Part shown: piece by piece, positions 1 through 9,552 of the stretch
How positions within the stretch are numbered: the stretch's first letter is position 1
Layout of the letters: every line of letters begins with the position of its first letter
From: a virus
Lineage: Duplodnaviria; Caudoviricetes
Virus record (IMG/VR): IMGVR_UViG_2657245717_000001
Span: 24,080-88,079 of that record
Direction: 5' to 3' (one strand)
DNA length: 64,000 nt
The notes under the pieces: generated by a model
What the model was told of the DNA's origin: nothing
What the model saw: the letters and a program-made list of their open reading frames with translations, nothing else
Databases searched by the model: none
Translations under genes and position numbers: made by a program

Positions 1-77
1 GCGACGGCCGAGACCGCGTCACCGACGCCGCCGTGTCCGCCCACGAAGCCTCCCTCTGACTCAGGAGCCCCCACGCC

Positions 78-341
78 ATGAGCATCCAGACCCTCGCCCC
101 GCACCACACCAGCGAGCCCACCCCCGGCGGCTACCTCGACGGGGAACTCGCCGCCCACACCGGCCTCAGCGCACGCCGCGCCCACGCCCGCGCCGCCATG
201 GCCCACACCTACGACCCGCAGTGGGCCAGCGCCTTCCTGGCCGGCTACCAGGCCGCCACCTACCAGGCTCGCGCCGCCACCGAGACCGACCCCGCCCGCC
301 GCGCCGCCTGGCGCATGCTCACCAACCTGGAGGACCAGTGA
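78..341 (+). CDS. hypothetical phage protein
   Basis: AGGAG RBS, high GC3 codon usage, overlaps next start. Confidence 0.7.
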   Translation: MSIQTLAPHHTSEPTPGGYLDGELAAHTGLSARRAHARAAMAHTYDPQWASAFLAGYQAATYQARAATETDPARRAAWRMLTNLEDQ

Positions 342-1114
342 GCGACAACAAGAGCATCGCGGAGCGCTTCGCCCGCGACACCGCCAACCACCAGATGACC
401 GTCAAGCGTGAGGATGGCCTGTACCGGCACCTCCGGTTCGAGAACCCCAAGCACGGATCGTTCGGCGCGTTCGAGCTGATCACCTGGCCGTACAACCTCG
501 TCGCCAAGACCGGCTGGACGTTCCACTTCGACATCGACGCGACCGAGGACATCTTCGAGGTCTTCCGGCGCACCTCCTTCCCCGGCGAGATCAACCCCAG
601 CTACTGGCAGGAGAAGGTCCGCGCGGGCCGGGACGAGATCGAGGGCTACTCCGACGAGCTGTTGAAGCAGGAAATCGAAAATGCCGTCCAGCAGTGGGTC
701 GTGGAGTCTCCTGCCCCGGAGGCATTCGAGCGGAAGCTGCGCGACGCCGTCAACGAACACTTCTTCGGCGACGCGGCCGAGTACAACATCGAGTACGAGT
801 CCGAGGCGCACCGGGCGCTCAGCGAGTTCACCTTTGGCAAGCACTACAAAGCGACGTGCCTGTGCGGCGTCGGTCGCCGTCGGGAGAACTATTCGGACGC
901 CTGGCTGTGGCGGACCCGGCACCTGAAGCAGGCGGCGAACATCCACCCGGAGGGCGTCGACCCGGTGACCATCGACCGAGTCGAGGGCTACCAGTTCTCC
1001 GACTGGCACGAGTGGCGGCTGAAGGACTACACCCCCGGCTACCTCCGCACCTGCCACGCCATCCGTCGCGGCGTCGACCTGTACGACACCGCCCGGGAGC
1101 GGGTGGCCGCGTGA
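338..1114 (+). CDS. hypothetical phage protein
   Basis: GTG start after GGAGG, globular-looking sequence (RHLRF, INPSYWQEK). Confidence 0.75.
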   Translation: MSDNKSIAERFARDTANHQMTVKREDGLYRHLRFENPKHGSFGAFELITWPYNLVAKTGWTFHFDIDATEDIFEVFRRTSFPGEINPSYWQEKVRAGRDEIEGYSDELLKQEIENAVQQWVVESPAPEAFERKLRDAVNEHFFGDAAEYNIEYESEAHRALSEFTFGKHYKATCLCGVGRRRENYSDAWLWRTRHLKQAANIHPEGVDPVTIDRVEGYQFSDWHEWRLKDYTPGYLRTCHAIRRGVDLYDTARERVAA

Positions 1115-1231
1115 GCGCCTACCTCGCGGCGTTCCTCCACCACTGACCCACCCCGCCCCGAGACGCCTGGTGGGGCGGCGGACCACTCCCGCCCCACCAG
1201 CGCACCAACCCCGAAACAGGAGACCCGCGCC

Positions 1232-1561
1232 ATGAGCCAGCAGCCCATCGAAGCCCGCTGCGACCACTGCGCCCAGACCCGCCCCCTGTTCCTCTACGAA
1301 GCCGACCACGATTTCCACCTCACCGGCATCACCTGCGAATGGTGCGCCCGGGACAAGCAGCCTCTCCTCTGCGCGCGGTGCTGGAGCACAGAGAAGCAGC
1401 GCGAGGAGGCCGCCCCCGGCGATCCGCAGGACAACGCCATGGCCGCCTTCTTGGTGCGCGCCTGCGAGAACAACGCCCGCATCCTCGCCCGCGAGGAAGC
1501 CGACAAGGCCACCTGCGAAGGCATCGCTACCGCCACCGAACGGACCGAGAAGAACGCCTGA
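1232..1561 (+). CDS. Cys-rich putative zinc-binding protein
   Basis: CDHC, CEWC, CARC motifs; AGGAG RBS. Confidence 0.7.
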   Translation: MSQQPIEARCDHCAQTRPLFLYEADHDFHLTGITCEWCARDKQPLLCARCWSTEKQREEAAPGDPQDNAMAAFLVRACENNARILAREEADKATCEGIATATERTEKNA

Positions 1562-1618
1562 TAGCCCGCCACCCAGGAGCCAAACCGCTCCACCAGCGCA
1601 CCAACCCCGGAGACCCAC

Positions 1619-1843
1619 ATGACCGGACCCGAGCACTACCGCAAGGCAGAAGCACTCCTCGACACCGCCGCCAAGAACTTCCTGCTCGGCAAGGACGCTT
1701 CATCGGCCCTCGCCGCCGCCCAAGCGCACGCCACCCTGGCGCTCGCCGCCGCAACCGCACTACCGCCAGGCGGACCCGACACCGCATCGCGCGGCACATG
1801 GGTCTCCGCCGTACACGGCCTGGACCACGGTCCCCATGTGTGA
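1619..1843 (+). CDS. hypothetical phage protein
   Basis: MTGPEHYRKAE...AQAHATLALAAA, typical small actinophage ORF; GGAG RBS. Confidence 0.7.
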   Translation: MTGPEHYRKAEALLDTAAKNFLLGKDASSALAAAQAHATLALAAATALPPGGPDTASRGTWVSAVHGLDHGPHV

Positions 1844-2303
1844 GCACGCCGCCGCGCTCCGCGCCGCCGAACAAGACCTCGCCACACACCGCCAACGCCA
1901 CGCCACCCTCACCACCTGGCTCCACAACCCCACCCACGACCTCACCGCCCGCACCGCACTCGCCCAACTCCTCGACCTCCCAGCCCCCGCCGACACCCCC
2001 ACGAGCCGCTTCCAGCCCACCACCCACAACCTCAAGGCCGACGAGTACGACGGCATCCCCGTCATCGAACTCGACGGCGACCAAGTCATCGCCATCACCG
2101 ACGACATCAACCAAGCCCTCCACGCCATCACCCACTACGGCAACGACCACGACTGGGCCCACATCAAAATCACCGCCGACCGCCTGCGCTCCGAATGGGT
2201 CGCCTTCGAATGGCAGCCCGAAGACGCCGAATGCGAGTGGCTCACCCTCGACGCCCACCCCGGCGACGACAAGGCCGTCCACACCTACCGACTGCCCTAC
2301 TAA
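1836..2303 (+). CDS. hypothetical protein
   Basis: Coupled to upstream ORF, codon usage. Confidence 0.65.
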   Translation: MCEHAAALRAAEQDLATHRQRHATLTTWLHNPTHDLTARTALAQLLDLPAPADTPTSRFQPTTHNLKADEYDGIPVIELDGDQVIAITDDINQALHAITHYGNDHDWAHIKITADRLRSEWVAFEWQPEDAECEWLTLDAHPGDDKAVHTYRLPY

Positions 2304-2325
2304 CCCGACGCACCCAGAGGACTTC

Positions 2326-2847
2326 ATGAACCAGTCCACCTACCTCGGCATCACACCCACCACCCAGGCCTCCACCCCGGCTCTCACCATCACTGTCCAC
2401 GGCCGGCCAGCTCCTCAGGGCTCGAAACGCTACGCCGGGCACCGCCGCAACGCCGCCTCCGGGCGCGTCTCCGCCGTCCTGGTCGAACAGTCCAAGCGCG
2501 TCAAACCCTGGCGAGCCCAAGTCACCACCGCCACCCAGCACGCCATGCGCGACGCCCACCAAACCGCGCCCCTCGACGGGCCCCTCGCCGCCGACATCAC
2601 CTTCACCGTCCTCAAGCCCACCAGCGCCCCCAAACGCCGCCGAACCTGGCCCACCACCCGCCACAGCGGAGACCTCGACAAGCTCCTCCGCTCAACCTTC
2701 GACGGCATCGCAGACGCCGGAGCTGTTGTCGACGACGCCCGCATCATCCGCGTCGCCGCCACCAAGACCTACCCCGGCGAGCACCCCCTGGCCCTCGACC
2801 AGCCCGGCGCCCTCATCCGCCTGTACACCCTCGGAGACCCCTCATGA
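2326..2847 (+). CDS. rusA: RusA-like Holliday junction resolvase
   Basis: GRPAPQGSKR and DLDKLLRSTFDG...DDARI motifs. Confidence 0.85.
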   Translation: MNQSTYLGITPTTQASTPALTITVHGRPAPQGSKRYAGHRRNAASGRVSAVLVEQSKRVKPWRAQVTTATQHAMRDAHQTAPLDGPLAADITFTVLKPTSAPKRRRTWPTTRHSGDLDKLLRSTFDGIADAGAVVDDARIIRVAATKTYPGEHPLALDQPGALIRLYTLGDPS

Positions 2848-3317
2848 CCAGCCCCAACAACCAGCCCGAATCCGGCCGTACCATAATTCGTGCCAGTAAT
2901 CACTGGCAGGATCGTGCCGCGTGCAAGACCCCCGACGCCGAAGCGATCTTCTTCCCCGTGTCGCCCAACGATGCAACGATCTCGGCGGCCAAAGAGATCT
3001 GCTACGGCTGCCCCGTCATCGAGAACTGCAAGCGCTTCGCCCTGGAGAACCGCGAGACGCATGGGGTGTGGGGCGGCATGTCGGAGAAGGAGCTCCAGGC
3101 GGCGCGTCGGGCCCCGCAGAAGCCGCGCGCAGTACGGATCGTCGAGAAGCAGCGTGCCGAGTGGGAAGCGGCCGTCGCGGAGCACGGTGACGACGACAAG
3201 GCCATCGCGCGAGCGTTGCGCGCTGACGTGCGAACCGTCGAGCAGGTCCGGCAGCTCGTGGGCGGCGCGTCCGCGGGAAGCGGATGGCGGCAGGATCAGA
3301 TGGGAGCAGCGGCATGA
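2844..3317 (+). CDS. whiB: WhiB-family transcriptional regulator
   Basis: WQDRAAC...IFFP...AKEICYGCPVIENC...GVWGGMSEKE (four Cys plus GVWGG). Confidence 0.92.
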   Translation: MTSPNNQPESGRTIIRASNHWQDRAACKTPDAEAIFFPVSPNDATISAAKEICYGCPVIENCKRFALENRETHGVWGGMSEKELQAARRAPQKPRAVRIVEKQRAEWEAAVAEHGDDDKAIARALRADVRTVEQVRQLVGGASAGSGWRQDQMGAAA

Positions 3318-4258
3318 GCCGGCCTGTTCCGAAGGGGGACCCGCCGCCGCACGGTCACGCGAACCGGTACGTGAGGTGGCACTGCCGCTGCACACCCTGC
3401 ACGCGGGCCGCGTCTCGCGCGGACGCTGAGCGGCGCCTCGACCGCCTGGCGGGCCGTTCGCGGAAAGTGTCCGCTGAGGCGTGCGCCGCTCACATCGCCG
3501 TGTTGGTGGCGGCTGGCCTGAGTCAGCAGCAGATAGCGGACGCGGCCGGGGTCTGGCAGGTCACGGTGTCTCGGATTCGGTCTGGGCAGCGGCACGTGAG
3601 CCGTTTGACGCAGGACGCGATTCTCGCGGTGCCTGTCGGGTGCCGACCAATGAAGGGCCAGGTGTCTTCGGTGGGTGCGGTGCGGCGTCTTCGGGCGCTG
3701 TACGCGCTGGGCCACTTCGCGCGGGACATCGCGGAGAGGTCGGGCCTGTCGAAGGATGCTGTGGCTGATCTGGTGGCTGGCCGGCCGGCGACGTTGGATG
3801 CGTCCCGGGATGCGGCTGTGCGGGCGTGCTTCGACGAGCTGTCGATGAAGGTTGGCGGCTCGGCGAAGACGCGGTTGCGTGCCCAGGCTGAGGGTTGGGT
3901 GCCGCCTTTGGCGTGGGATGAGGACGCGATCGATGATCCCGCGGCTGTTCCGCATGTGGATGCTGCGGCGGCTGTTCCGGAGTCGGGTGAGCGGGCTGTG
4001 GCTCGTTGGCTGGCGGGGGAGTCGGTGGTGTTGTCGCAGTCGGCTCGGGCGGAGGTGGTGGGTCATCTCATGGAGTGGTCGTCGTTGTCGTCGGCGGAGA
4101 TTGGGGTGCGGTTGGGGGTGTCGACGGGGGCGGTGGAGAAGCAGTGGGAGCGGTTGGTGCGGCGGGCGCGTGTGGAGGGGCGGCCTGTGCCGTGGCGGCG
4201 TGTGTCGCGTGATCGGAATCGAATGTTGAAGCAGAGCGAGATGGGAGAAGCAGCATGA
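3314..4258 (+). CDS. Zn-finger / multi-HTH DNA-binding protein
   Basis: HG..RY...CRCTPC; [15 protein letters not shown]; [10 protein letters not shown]; [13 protein letters not shown]. Confidence 0.7.
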   Translation: MSRPVPKGDPPPHGHANRYVRWHCRCTPCTRAASRADAERRLDRLAGRSRKVSAEACAAHIAVLVAAGLSQQQIADAAGVWQVTVSRIRSGQRHVSRLTQDAILAVPVGCRPMKGQVSSVGAVRRLRALYALGHFARDIAERSGLSKDAVADLVAGRPATLDASRDAAVRACFDELSMKVGGSAKTRLRAQAEGWVPPLAWDEDAIDDPAAVPHVDAAAAVPESGERAVARWLAGESVVLSQSARAEVVGHLMEWSSLSSAEIGVRLGVSTGAVEKQWERLVRRARVEGRPVPWRRVSRDRNRMLKQSEMGEAA

Positions 4259-4788
4259 GTAACGGCACTGAGATCACGGTGGTCGGGAACCTCGTAGAAG
4301 ACCCCGAGCTGCGGTTTACTCCGAACGGTGCGGCTGTCGCGAAGTTCCGGGTGGCCAGTACCCCGCGGAAGTTCAACCGGGACACGAACGCGTGGGAGGA
4401 CGACAAGGAGGGTGCGCTGTTCCTGTCGTGCTCGGTGTGGCGGCAGGCCGCTGAGAACTGTGCGGAGTCGCTTCAGAAGGGGATGCGGGTGATCGTGCAG
4501 GGCCGGCTGAAGCAGCGGTCGTACGAGGATCGTGAGGGTGTGAAGCGCACGGTGTTCGAGGTGGATGTTGAGGAGGTGGGTCCGAGTTTGAAGATGGCGA
4601 CGGCGCGGGTGGAGAAGGCGTCCCGCGGCGCCGGCGGTCAGGGGCAGGGTCGGCAGCAGGGTGGTGGGTCGCGGTCGGGTGGTTGGGGTGGTGGTCAGGG
4701 TCCGGCGCAGGATGCGTGGTCGTCGGGCGGGCAGCAGGGGCAGGGGCAGCAGGGTGGTTGGGGTGGGGGTGATGAGCCGCCGTTCTGA
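4255..4788 (+). CDS. ssb: single-stranded DNA-binding protein
   Basis: [32 protein letters not shown], Gly/Gln tail, DEPPF end. Confidence 0.97.
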   Translation: MSNGTEITVVGNLVEDPELRFTPNGAAVAKFRVASTPRKFNRDTNAWEDDKEGALFLSCSVWRQAAENCAESLQKGMRVIVQGRLKQRSYEDREGVKRTVFEVDVEEVGPSLKMATARVEKASRGAGGQGQGRQQGGGSRSGGWGGGQGPAQDAWSSGGQQGQGQQGGWGGGDEPPF

Positions 4789-4841
4789 GGTGGTGTGAAG
4801 GGGGAGGGGCTGGCCTTTGGGTTGGCCCCTTCTCTCGCTCG

Positions 4842-4874
4842 CCATACTCCATTGCGTTGCGCAATGGAGTATGG
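4842..4874. promoter_or_regulatory. 33-bp palindrome (putative operator over a promoter)
   Basis: CCATACTCCATTGCG-TTG-CGCAATGGAGTATGG; second copy at 17866. Confidence 0.75.
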
Positions 4875-4912
4875 GATAGTGGTCATGCCGACAACACGCG
4901 AAAGAGGCGTCA

Positions 4913-5020
4913 ATGCCCACCTGCGACTGCACCGACCACGCCGACACCGGCACCCACGGCCACGACTGCATCCACTGGGACCTCCCCACCGACGACCCGT
5001 CCGACCACTACGGCCTCTGA
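4913..5020 (+). CDS. 35-aa Cys/His/Asp-rich peptide
   Basis: MPTCDCTDHADTGTHGHDCIHWDLPTDDPSDHYGL, GAGG RBS, first ORF after the palindrome. Confidence 0.5.
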   Translation: MPTCDCTDHADTGTHGHDCIHWDLPTDDPSDHYGL

Positions 5021-5057
5021 GCCCGCCCCCGCACCACAACACCCCTCAGGAGGAGAC

Positions 5058-5240
5058 ATGAACATCGTTGCCCGCTGGACCAACAAGAACGGCGGCGAGG
5101 GCCGCATCCCCGGCGACTTCGGCACCGTGCAGGCCGCCGAGGACGCTGCGGCAAACCACCTGGAGAAGCACCCGCAGATGGCGGAGGTGACGATCAGCCA
5201 CAAGGTCGGCGGCGTCGTGAAGACCGTGACCCGCGACTGA
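5058..5240 (+). CDS. hypothetical protein
   Basis: Strong AGGAGG RBS, 60 aa. Confidence 0.65.
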   Translation: MNIVARWTNKNGGEGRIPGDFGTVQAAEDAAANHLEKHPQMAEVTISHKVGGVVKTVTRD

Positions 5241-5259
5241 TCTGCACCGCTCTCAAGCC

Positions 5260-5337
5260 GCCCCGTGTAGGCAAGCCCAGTGCCAGCACCCCCTGTCTGG
5301 TCGGGCGCGCGGTTCGAATCCGCGGCGGGGCACTCCA
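5260..5337 (+). ncRNA. tRNA-like element (non-canonical anticodon arm)
   Basis: GCCCCGT/GCGGGGC acceptor, GGCA/TGCC D stem, CGCGG-TTCGAAT-CCGCG T arm. Confidence 0.55.
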
Positions 5338-5365
5338 CAACCACCCCTGATGAGACGAGGCAGCC

Positions 5366-5725
5366 ATGAACTCGAACCTCCCCGCCGTGCCGACCATGAC
5401 CGCCGACAACCTGCGTGGCGCGGTCACCGACATCATCAACGACCTCGACGCCACCTGGATCAAGAACGGTGCCGTGCGCATCGTCGACGCTGGCGACGGC
5501 TACCCGGGGACGGACGGGCCGACGGTCACGGTGATCACCGACAGGATCACCGCTGGTCTGATCCGGACCGCGCTGCGCAACGGGACGCTGACCGCTGACC
5601 GGCTGTACGCCCGTGACCGGATCGTCGTGGCGCAGCGTACGGCGGGGACGCGGGCGGCCGACCAGCAGCGGGTGGCGACGCGTAAGGCGCAGTTCCTCGC
5701 CAGGGCGCAGTTCCCCGCTCTGTGA
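5366..5725 (+). CDS. hypothetical protein
   Basis: GAGG RBS, codon usage. Confidence 0.65.
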   Translation: MNSNLPAVPTMTADNLRGAVTDIINDLDATWIKNGAVRIVDAGDGYPGTDGPTVTVITDRITAGLIRTALRNGTLTADRLYARDRIVVAQRTAGTRAADQQRVATRKAQFLARAQFPAL

Positions 5726-5732
5726 TCCATCA

Positions 5733-5774
5733 GCCCTGACGGTCGTAGGGGAGGTTCGACTCCTCCCCAGGGCG
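5733..5774 (+). ncRNA. minimal tRNA-like element (acceptor stem plus T arm)
   Basis: GCCCTG...GGGAGG-TTCGACT-CCTCCC-CAGGGC. Confidence 0.45.
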
Positions 5775-5837
5775 CCTCTTCCTCCCTCACCACCCTTGCC
5801 GCGCTCGGCGCGGCCTACCTCTCGACGGGAGACCCCT

Positions 5838-6269
5838 ATGACCATCCCCGCCATCGACCCGCACGCGGTCCGGGACCAGGCCGTGCACGCGTGGCTGATG
5901 CACGCCACCACCCACCGGTACGACGCCCGCCTCACCACCTGGACCCACAGCGTGAACGCGGCCGGCGAGCCCGTGTGGTCCGCCGAGCTCGCCGGCGCTG
6001 ACACGGCTACCGCTCTGCCCCGCTTCGCCTCCACCACCCGCCTGCCGCTGCGTACGGACTCCGACGTCCTGCCGATCCTCAGCGTCGAGCTGGAGGGGCG
6101 TGTGGCGGTGTGGTGGCGGCAGGGCGGGGTGTGGGTGGAGTTGTGGCATCCGGACCCGCTGCTGCCTGTCTCTTCGCCGTTGGGCGGGTTGTGGCGGCGG
6201 ACGGTCGAGGTCCTGCCGAAGCCCAGCCCGAGCCTGTTCCCCGCCCAGACCAAGGAGACGACCCGATGA
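5838..6269 (+). CDS. hypothetical protein
   Basis: GGGAG RBS, coupled to next ORF. Confidence 0.6.
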   Translation: MTIPAIDPHAVRDQAVHAWLMHATTHRYDARLTTWTHSVNAAGEPVWSAELAGADTATALPRFASTTRLPLRTDSDVLPILSVELEGRVAVWWRQGGVWVELWHPDPLLPVSSPLGGLWRRTVEVLPKPSPSLFPAQTKETTR

Positions 6270-6781
6270 GTGAGCCCATGACCGAGGAGCGCCTGGCGGC
6301 GATCGCTGACCGTGCCGCGCACGCCTACGAGTACGACCCGTCCGAGCAGGCTGAGGTGCTGGCTGGCACTGATATTCCGGCTCTGCTCGCCGAGGTGGAG
6401 CGTCTCCGCGCCGAGCTGGCGCAGGTCCGGGAGGCGGCTGCCGCAGCCCGCTACTACCTCGGAGCCTTCGTTCACGACAGTGAGGACCCCGGCACGGGGG
6501 CGCTCGGCGCACTCCACATGCTGGGGGCCGCTGGCATCCCCGCCGAGCGGGGCGACCTGTCCGAGCAGGTGATGGCGCGGCACGTGGCTGTCGCTGTCGA
6601 GGAGGCTCTGGCCGCCCGCCCGACCCGCGCCGAGGCAATCCGCGAGGCGGCAGAAGCGGGAGAGGAGGTGGCGAACCGGATGCACTCCATGGGCTATGAC
6701 GGTCGAGCAAGCGGCGCGTACGACGTGGTTGACGAGCTGCGCCGCGCCGCCGACGACGCCGAGGCGGGTGAGTCGAAGTGA
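6266..6781 (+). CDS. hypothetical phage protein
   Basis: MTEERLAAI...DIPALLAEVERLRAEL, a common actinophage segment. Confidence 0.7.
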   Translation: MSEPMTEERLAAIADRAAHAYEYDPSEQAEVLAGTDIPALLAEVERLRAELAQVREAAAAARYYLGAFVHDSEDPGTGALGALHMLGAAGIPAERGDLSEQVMARHVAVAVEEALAARPTRAEAIREAAEAGEEVANRMHSMGYDGRASGAYDVVDELRRAADDAEAGESK

Positions 6782-6969
6782 GCGAGCCGATCTACTGCGG
6801 CCTGTGCCTCTACGGCTCTGACATCGGCGTACCGGGCTACGACGACAAGGGCCCCGCGTACACCAACCCGGAGTGCCGAGACCACAACCCGAAGGCTCAC
6901 GAGGCGGGTGAGGCGAAGCCGTCGGCCCGCGACGAACTGCCTGCGGGTGAGGACGACCTGCCGTTCTAG
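6778..6969 (+). CDS. hypothetical protein
   Basis: Coupled start; CGLC motif; ends DDLPF like an SSB tail. Confidence 0.55.
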   Translation: MSEPIYCGLCLYGSDIGVPGYDDKGPAYTNPECRDHNPKAHEAGEAKPSARDELPAGEDDLPF

Positions 6970-7002
6970 CCGCGTTGGACGGTGCCGCCCTGCCCGTACC
7001 AG

Positions 7003-7810
7003 GGCGGCACCCGACCACAGGAGACCACGCCCACCCCGCCAGGAGGACCCACATGGGAGCAGCACTCCACCTCGCCCACGTCACCGAACTCCCCACCCGC
7101 AAGCAGAAGCGCAAGGGCGGAGGCAGCGGAGGCGACGGGTACGACCAACTCGTCACCCGGGTCTACCAGGACGAACGGATGACCAGCCAGGCCCGCGAGC
7201 TCATCCTGATGCTTGCCTGGCTCGTTCAGCGCGACCCCGACCGGTTCAACGAGGACAAGCCCGAAAGCCCGTGGAACCGGGCCAACACCATCCTGGGTAC
7301 GTACGGGAACGGCCCCCGTAAGGGGTCTCGGCTTGCCGACCTCATCGACTCCGACCGGCCCCGATACGAGCCGGACTGGTCCAGCCAAGCGTGGCAGTCC
7401 CGCCGCTGCGCCGCCCCGATGATCCGACGTGCAGGGGAGTGCGGTCAGACCGCCTCCGGCCATTCGCTGCGGATCGATCCGGAGACCGGTTGGCAGACCC
7501 CCGTCTGGTTCTGCTCCCGACACAAGGACTTCGGCCACAGCATCCGGCAGATGCTGAGTGCTGCGGAGCGCCCCGAGCCGATTCCGAACACGGGTGGGTT
7601 GATGCCGTCGTACCTGGAGGCGTCGGACGGTGACGCGGGATGGATTCGGGTCTACCGCAAGGCGTCGGACTGGAAGGGGTCTCGTTGGGAGCCGCCGAAG
7701 GCGTACGGCCTGTGCGCCGACGACTGGCCGGTGCCCGGCCAGGACCCGATTCCGCAGCGTGCCCGCCTCCGCCTCGTCCTCGGCGGCACCCGACCACAGG
7801 AGACCACGCC
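7003..7810 (+). repeat. 29-bp direct repeat at 7003-7031 and 7782-7810
   Basis: GGCGGCACCCGACCACAGGAGACCACGCC identical in both copies. Confidence 0.9.
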
Positions 7811-7814
7811 ATGA
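7053..7814 (+). CDS. hypothetical protein flanked by direct repeats
   Basis: AGGAGG RBS; C-x9-C...C-x2-H pattern. Confidence 0.7.
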   Translation: MGAALHLAHVTELPTRKQKRKGGGSGGDGYDQLVTRVYQDERMTSQARELILMLAWLVQRDPDRFNEDKPESPWNRANTILGTYGNGPRKGSRLADLIDSDRPRYEPDWSSQAWQSRRCAAPMIRRAGECGQTASGHSLRIDPETGWQTPVWFCSRHKDFGHSIRQMLSAAERPEPIPNTGGLMPSYLEASDGDAGWIRVYRKASDWKGSRWEPPKAYGLCADDWPVPGQDPIPQRARLRLVLGGTRPQETTP

Positions 7815-8035
7815 CCCACCCCAACCCACTCACCCTCACCACCACCGACATCCACACCCTCCGCACCGCACTCGACACCCTCGCCCCCGACGACACCACC
7901 CTCCTCCGCCAACAACTCGCCGGAGCCCTCGCCGAACTCGACCTGTACCGGCAATGGCTCACCCACCGCACCCAACAGCTCGCCGACGCACACGACCTCA
8001 TCCACCACCTCACCCACCCGGAGACCACCGAGTGA
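7811..8035 (+). CDS. hypothetical protein
   Basis: AGGAG RBS, coupled. Confidence 0.55.
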   Translation: MTHPNPLTLTTTDIHTLRTALDTLAPDDTTLLRQQLAGALAELDLYRQWLTHRTQQLADAHDLIHHLTHPETTE

Positions 8036-8397
8036 CCGTCGTCCAGGTGAGCGTGGGCCCGACACACCACACTGACGGGCCCACCCACCACCACCTCAAA
8101 GCCCTCCCCCACCGTCCCGCCGACCCCCGCTACACCGTCACCCGCCGGCAACTCAACATCCTCCGCCTCATCGCCAACGGCAACACCACCACCGCCATAG
8201 CCCGACGCCTCGGCATCTCCTACAACACGGTCACCTCGCAGGTCGCCAGCATCCACCGGAAGCTCCGAGTCTCCGACCGGGCGCAGGCTGTCGCTGTGGC
8301 GCTGTGTCTGGGCCTGCTGGACATGGGCGACGTGCTGGTGCCGGACGGCGCGAACTCCAGCTACCGCACCCACACCACCTCGGAAGGAGCCTTGTGA
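8032..8397 (+). CDS. LuxR C-terminal HTH regulator
   Basis: TRRQLNILRLIANGNTTTAIARRLGISYNTV...KLRVSDRAQAV. Confidence 0.85.
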   Translation: MTVVQVSVGPTHHTDGPTHHHLKALPHRPADPRYTVTRRQLNILRLIANGNTTTAIARRLGISYNTVTSQVASIHRKLRVSDRAQAVAVALCLGLLDMGDVLVPDGANSSYRTHTTSEGAL

Positions 8398-9125
8398 CTG
8401 CCCTGCCCTGCCCCACCCCGACCAAGAGCCGCTACGCCACCACCGCGGCCGCCGACCAGGCCGCCCGCCACGTGCAGATACCCGTCGGCACGATCATGCG
8501 GGCCTATGAGTGCCAGTGCGGCTGGTGGCACCTCACCCGCAGCAGCACGCCGGCCGAGCCCATCCCCTACGAAGACCTCACACCGGCTGACGGCGACGAG
8601 CAGCTCCTCGCCGGCGTCGGCCACAACCTATTCGCCGACGTCGTCGCCCGCGACATTCACGGCCGCGGCCCCATTGAGGAAGCCCTCGCCCTCCGCCACC
8701 CGACGAACGCACTCCGCTGGAAAGAAGCCCTGAAGGCGGCGTGGATCGCGTCGGAGAAGCAGATGGCCGCTCGCCGCGGTGACACGTCTGCGCAGGCGAA
8801 GGAGTGGCGGGCGCGGGCCGAGCAGTATCGGGCGGCGTTGCGGGTCCGCCGGCTGGAGGCGAAGCGCCGCGCGCACCCGTACCCGCGCACGCAGGGGCAG
8901 GCTCTCTCGCCGGCCGAGCAGGTGGCGGTTGAACGTGCTCGTGCTGCGGGGAGGCCGCGTCGGGAGCAGCGGCGTATCGCGGGTGATGTGGCGGTGAAGC
9001 TGTTGATCGCCGCGCATGAGGACGAGTTCTACGGGCTGTTCGCTGCGGAGTGTGAGCGGCTCGGGTTGCCGTTGACGGCTCGGGATGAGGCCCGTGTGCA
9101 GCGTGGGTTGGGGGAGGCCGCGTGA
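8394..9125 (+). CDS. hypothetical protein with Zn-binding motif
   Basis: CPTPTKSRY...RAYECQCGWWHLT. Confidence 0.7.
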   Translation: MTALPCPTPTKSRYATTAAADQAARHVQIPVGTIMRAYECQCGWWHLTRSSTPAEPIPYEDLTPADGDEQLLAGVGHNLFADVVARDIHGRGPIEEALALRHPTNALRWKEALKAAWIASEKQMAARRGDTSAQAKEWRARAEQYRAALRVRRLEAKRRAHPYPRTQGQALSPAEQVAVERARAAGRPRREQRRIAGDVAVKLLIAAHEDEFYGLFAAECERLGLPLTARDEARVQRGLGEAA

Positions 9126-9273
9126 GCCCTGGATGTGTGACTGTCACGGCTGGCTGTGGGCATGTGTGGCGGCTGCCCGCGATGGTCGACTTGGCCGGCC
9201 GTGTGGTTGTGCCTGCTGAAACGTGGTGCCGCGCTCATCAGGTGTGGCACACCGACACTGAGGAGACCGAACG

Positions 9274-9552
9274 ATGAGCGACACCCTTCCCGCCGACACT
9301 CTCCGCACGGCCGCCGAACGGCTGCGCGATGTCGCTCCGCAGATCACTGGGCCTCTCGCTGGACTCGCCGACCCCGTAGCCGACTGGCTGGAGGCAGCCG
9401 CACGCGACTACGAGGCCAGCGTCACCGCCGCCGACCAGGTGTTCCACGACGACCCGGAGGGGCGGCAGGCGTTCATCACCACCGGGCCCGGTGCCCCGTC
9501 TCCGCACGCCCTCGCTGTCGCCCACCACATCCTCGAAGGCGGTCCCCGATGA
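9274..9552 (+). CDS. hypothetical protein
   Basis: GAGGAG RBS; LRTAAERLR...VADWLE...ALAVA. Confidence 0.7.
   Translation: MSDTLPADTLRTAAERLRDVAPQITGPLAGLADPVADWLEAAARDYEASVTAADQVFHDDPEGRQAFITTGPGAPSPHALAVAHHILEGGPR

Noticed and set aside
1339-2325. 502-aa ORF starting at 1339
   Set aside because: Only the part from 2326 looks coding (RusA); the upstream part overlaps three better-supported ORFs
5260-5337. Canonical tRNA gene
   Set aside because: Anticodon arm is irregular with no clean 7-nt loop, so it is reported only as tRNA-like
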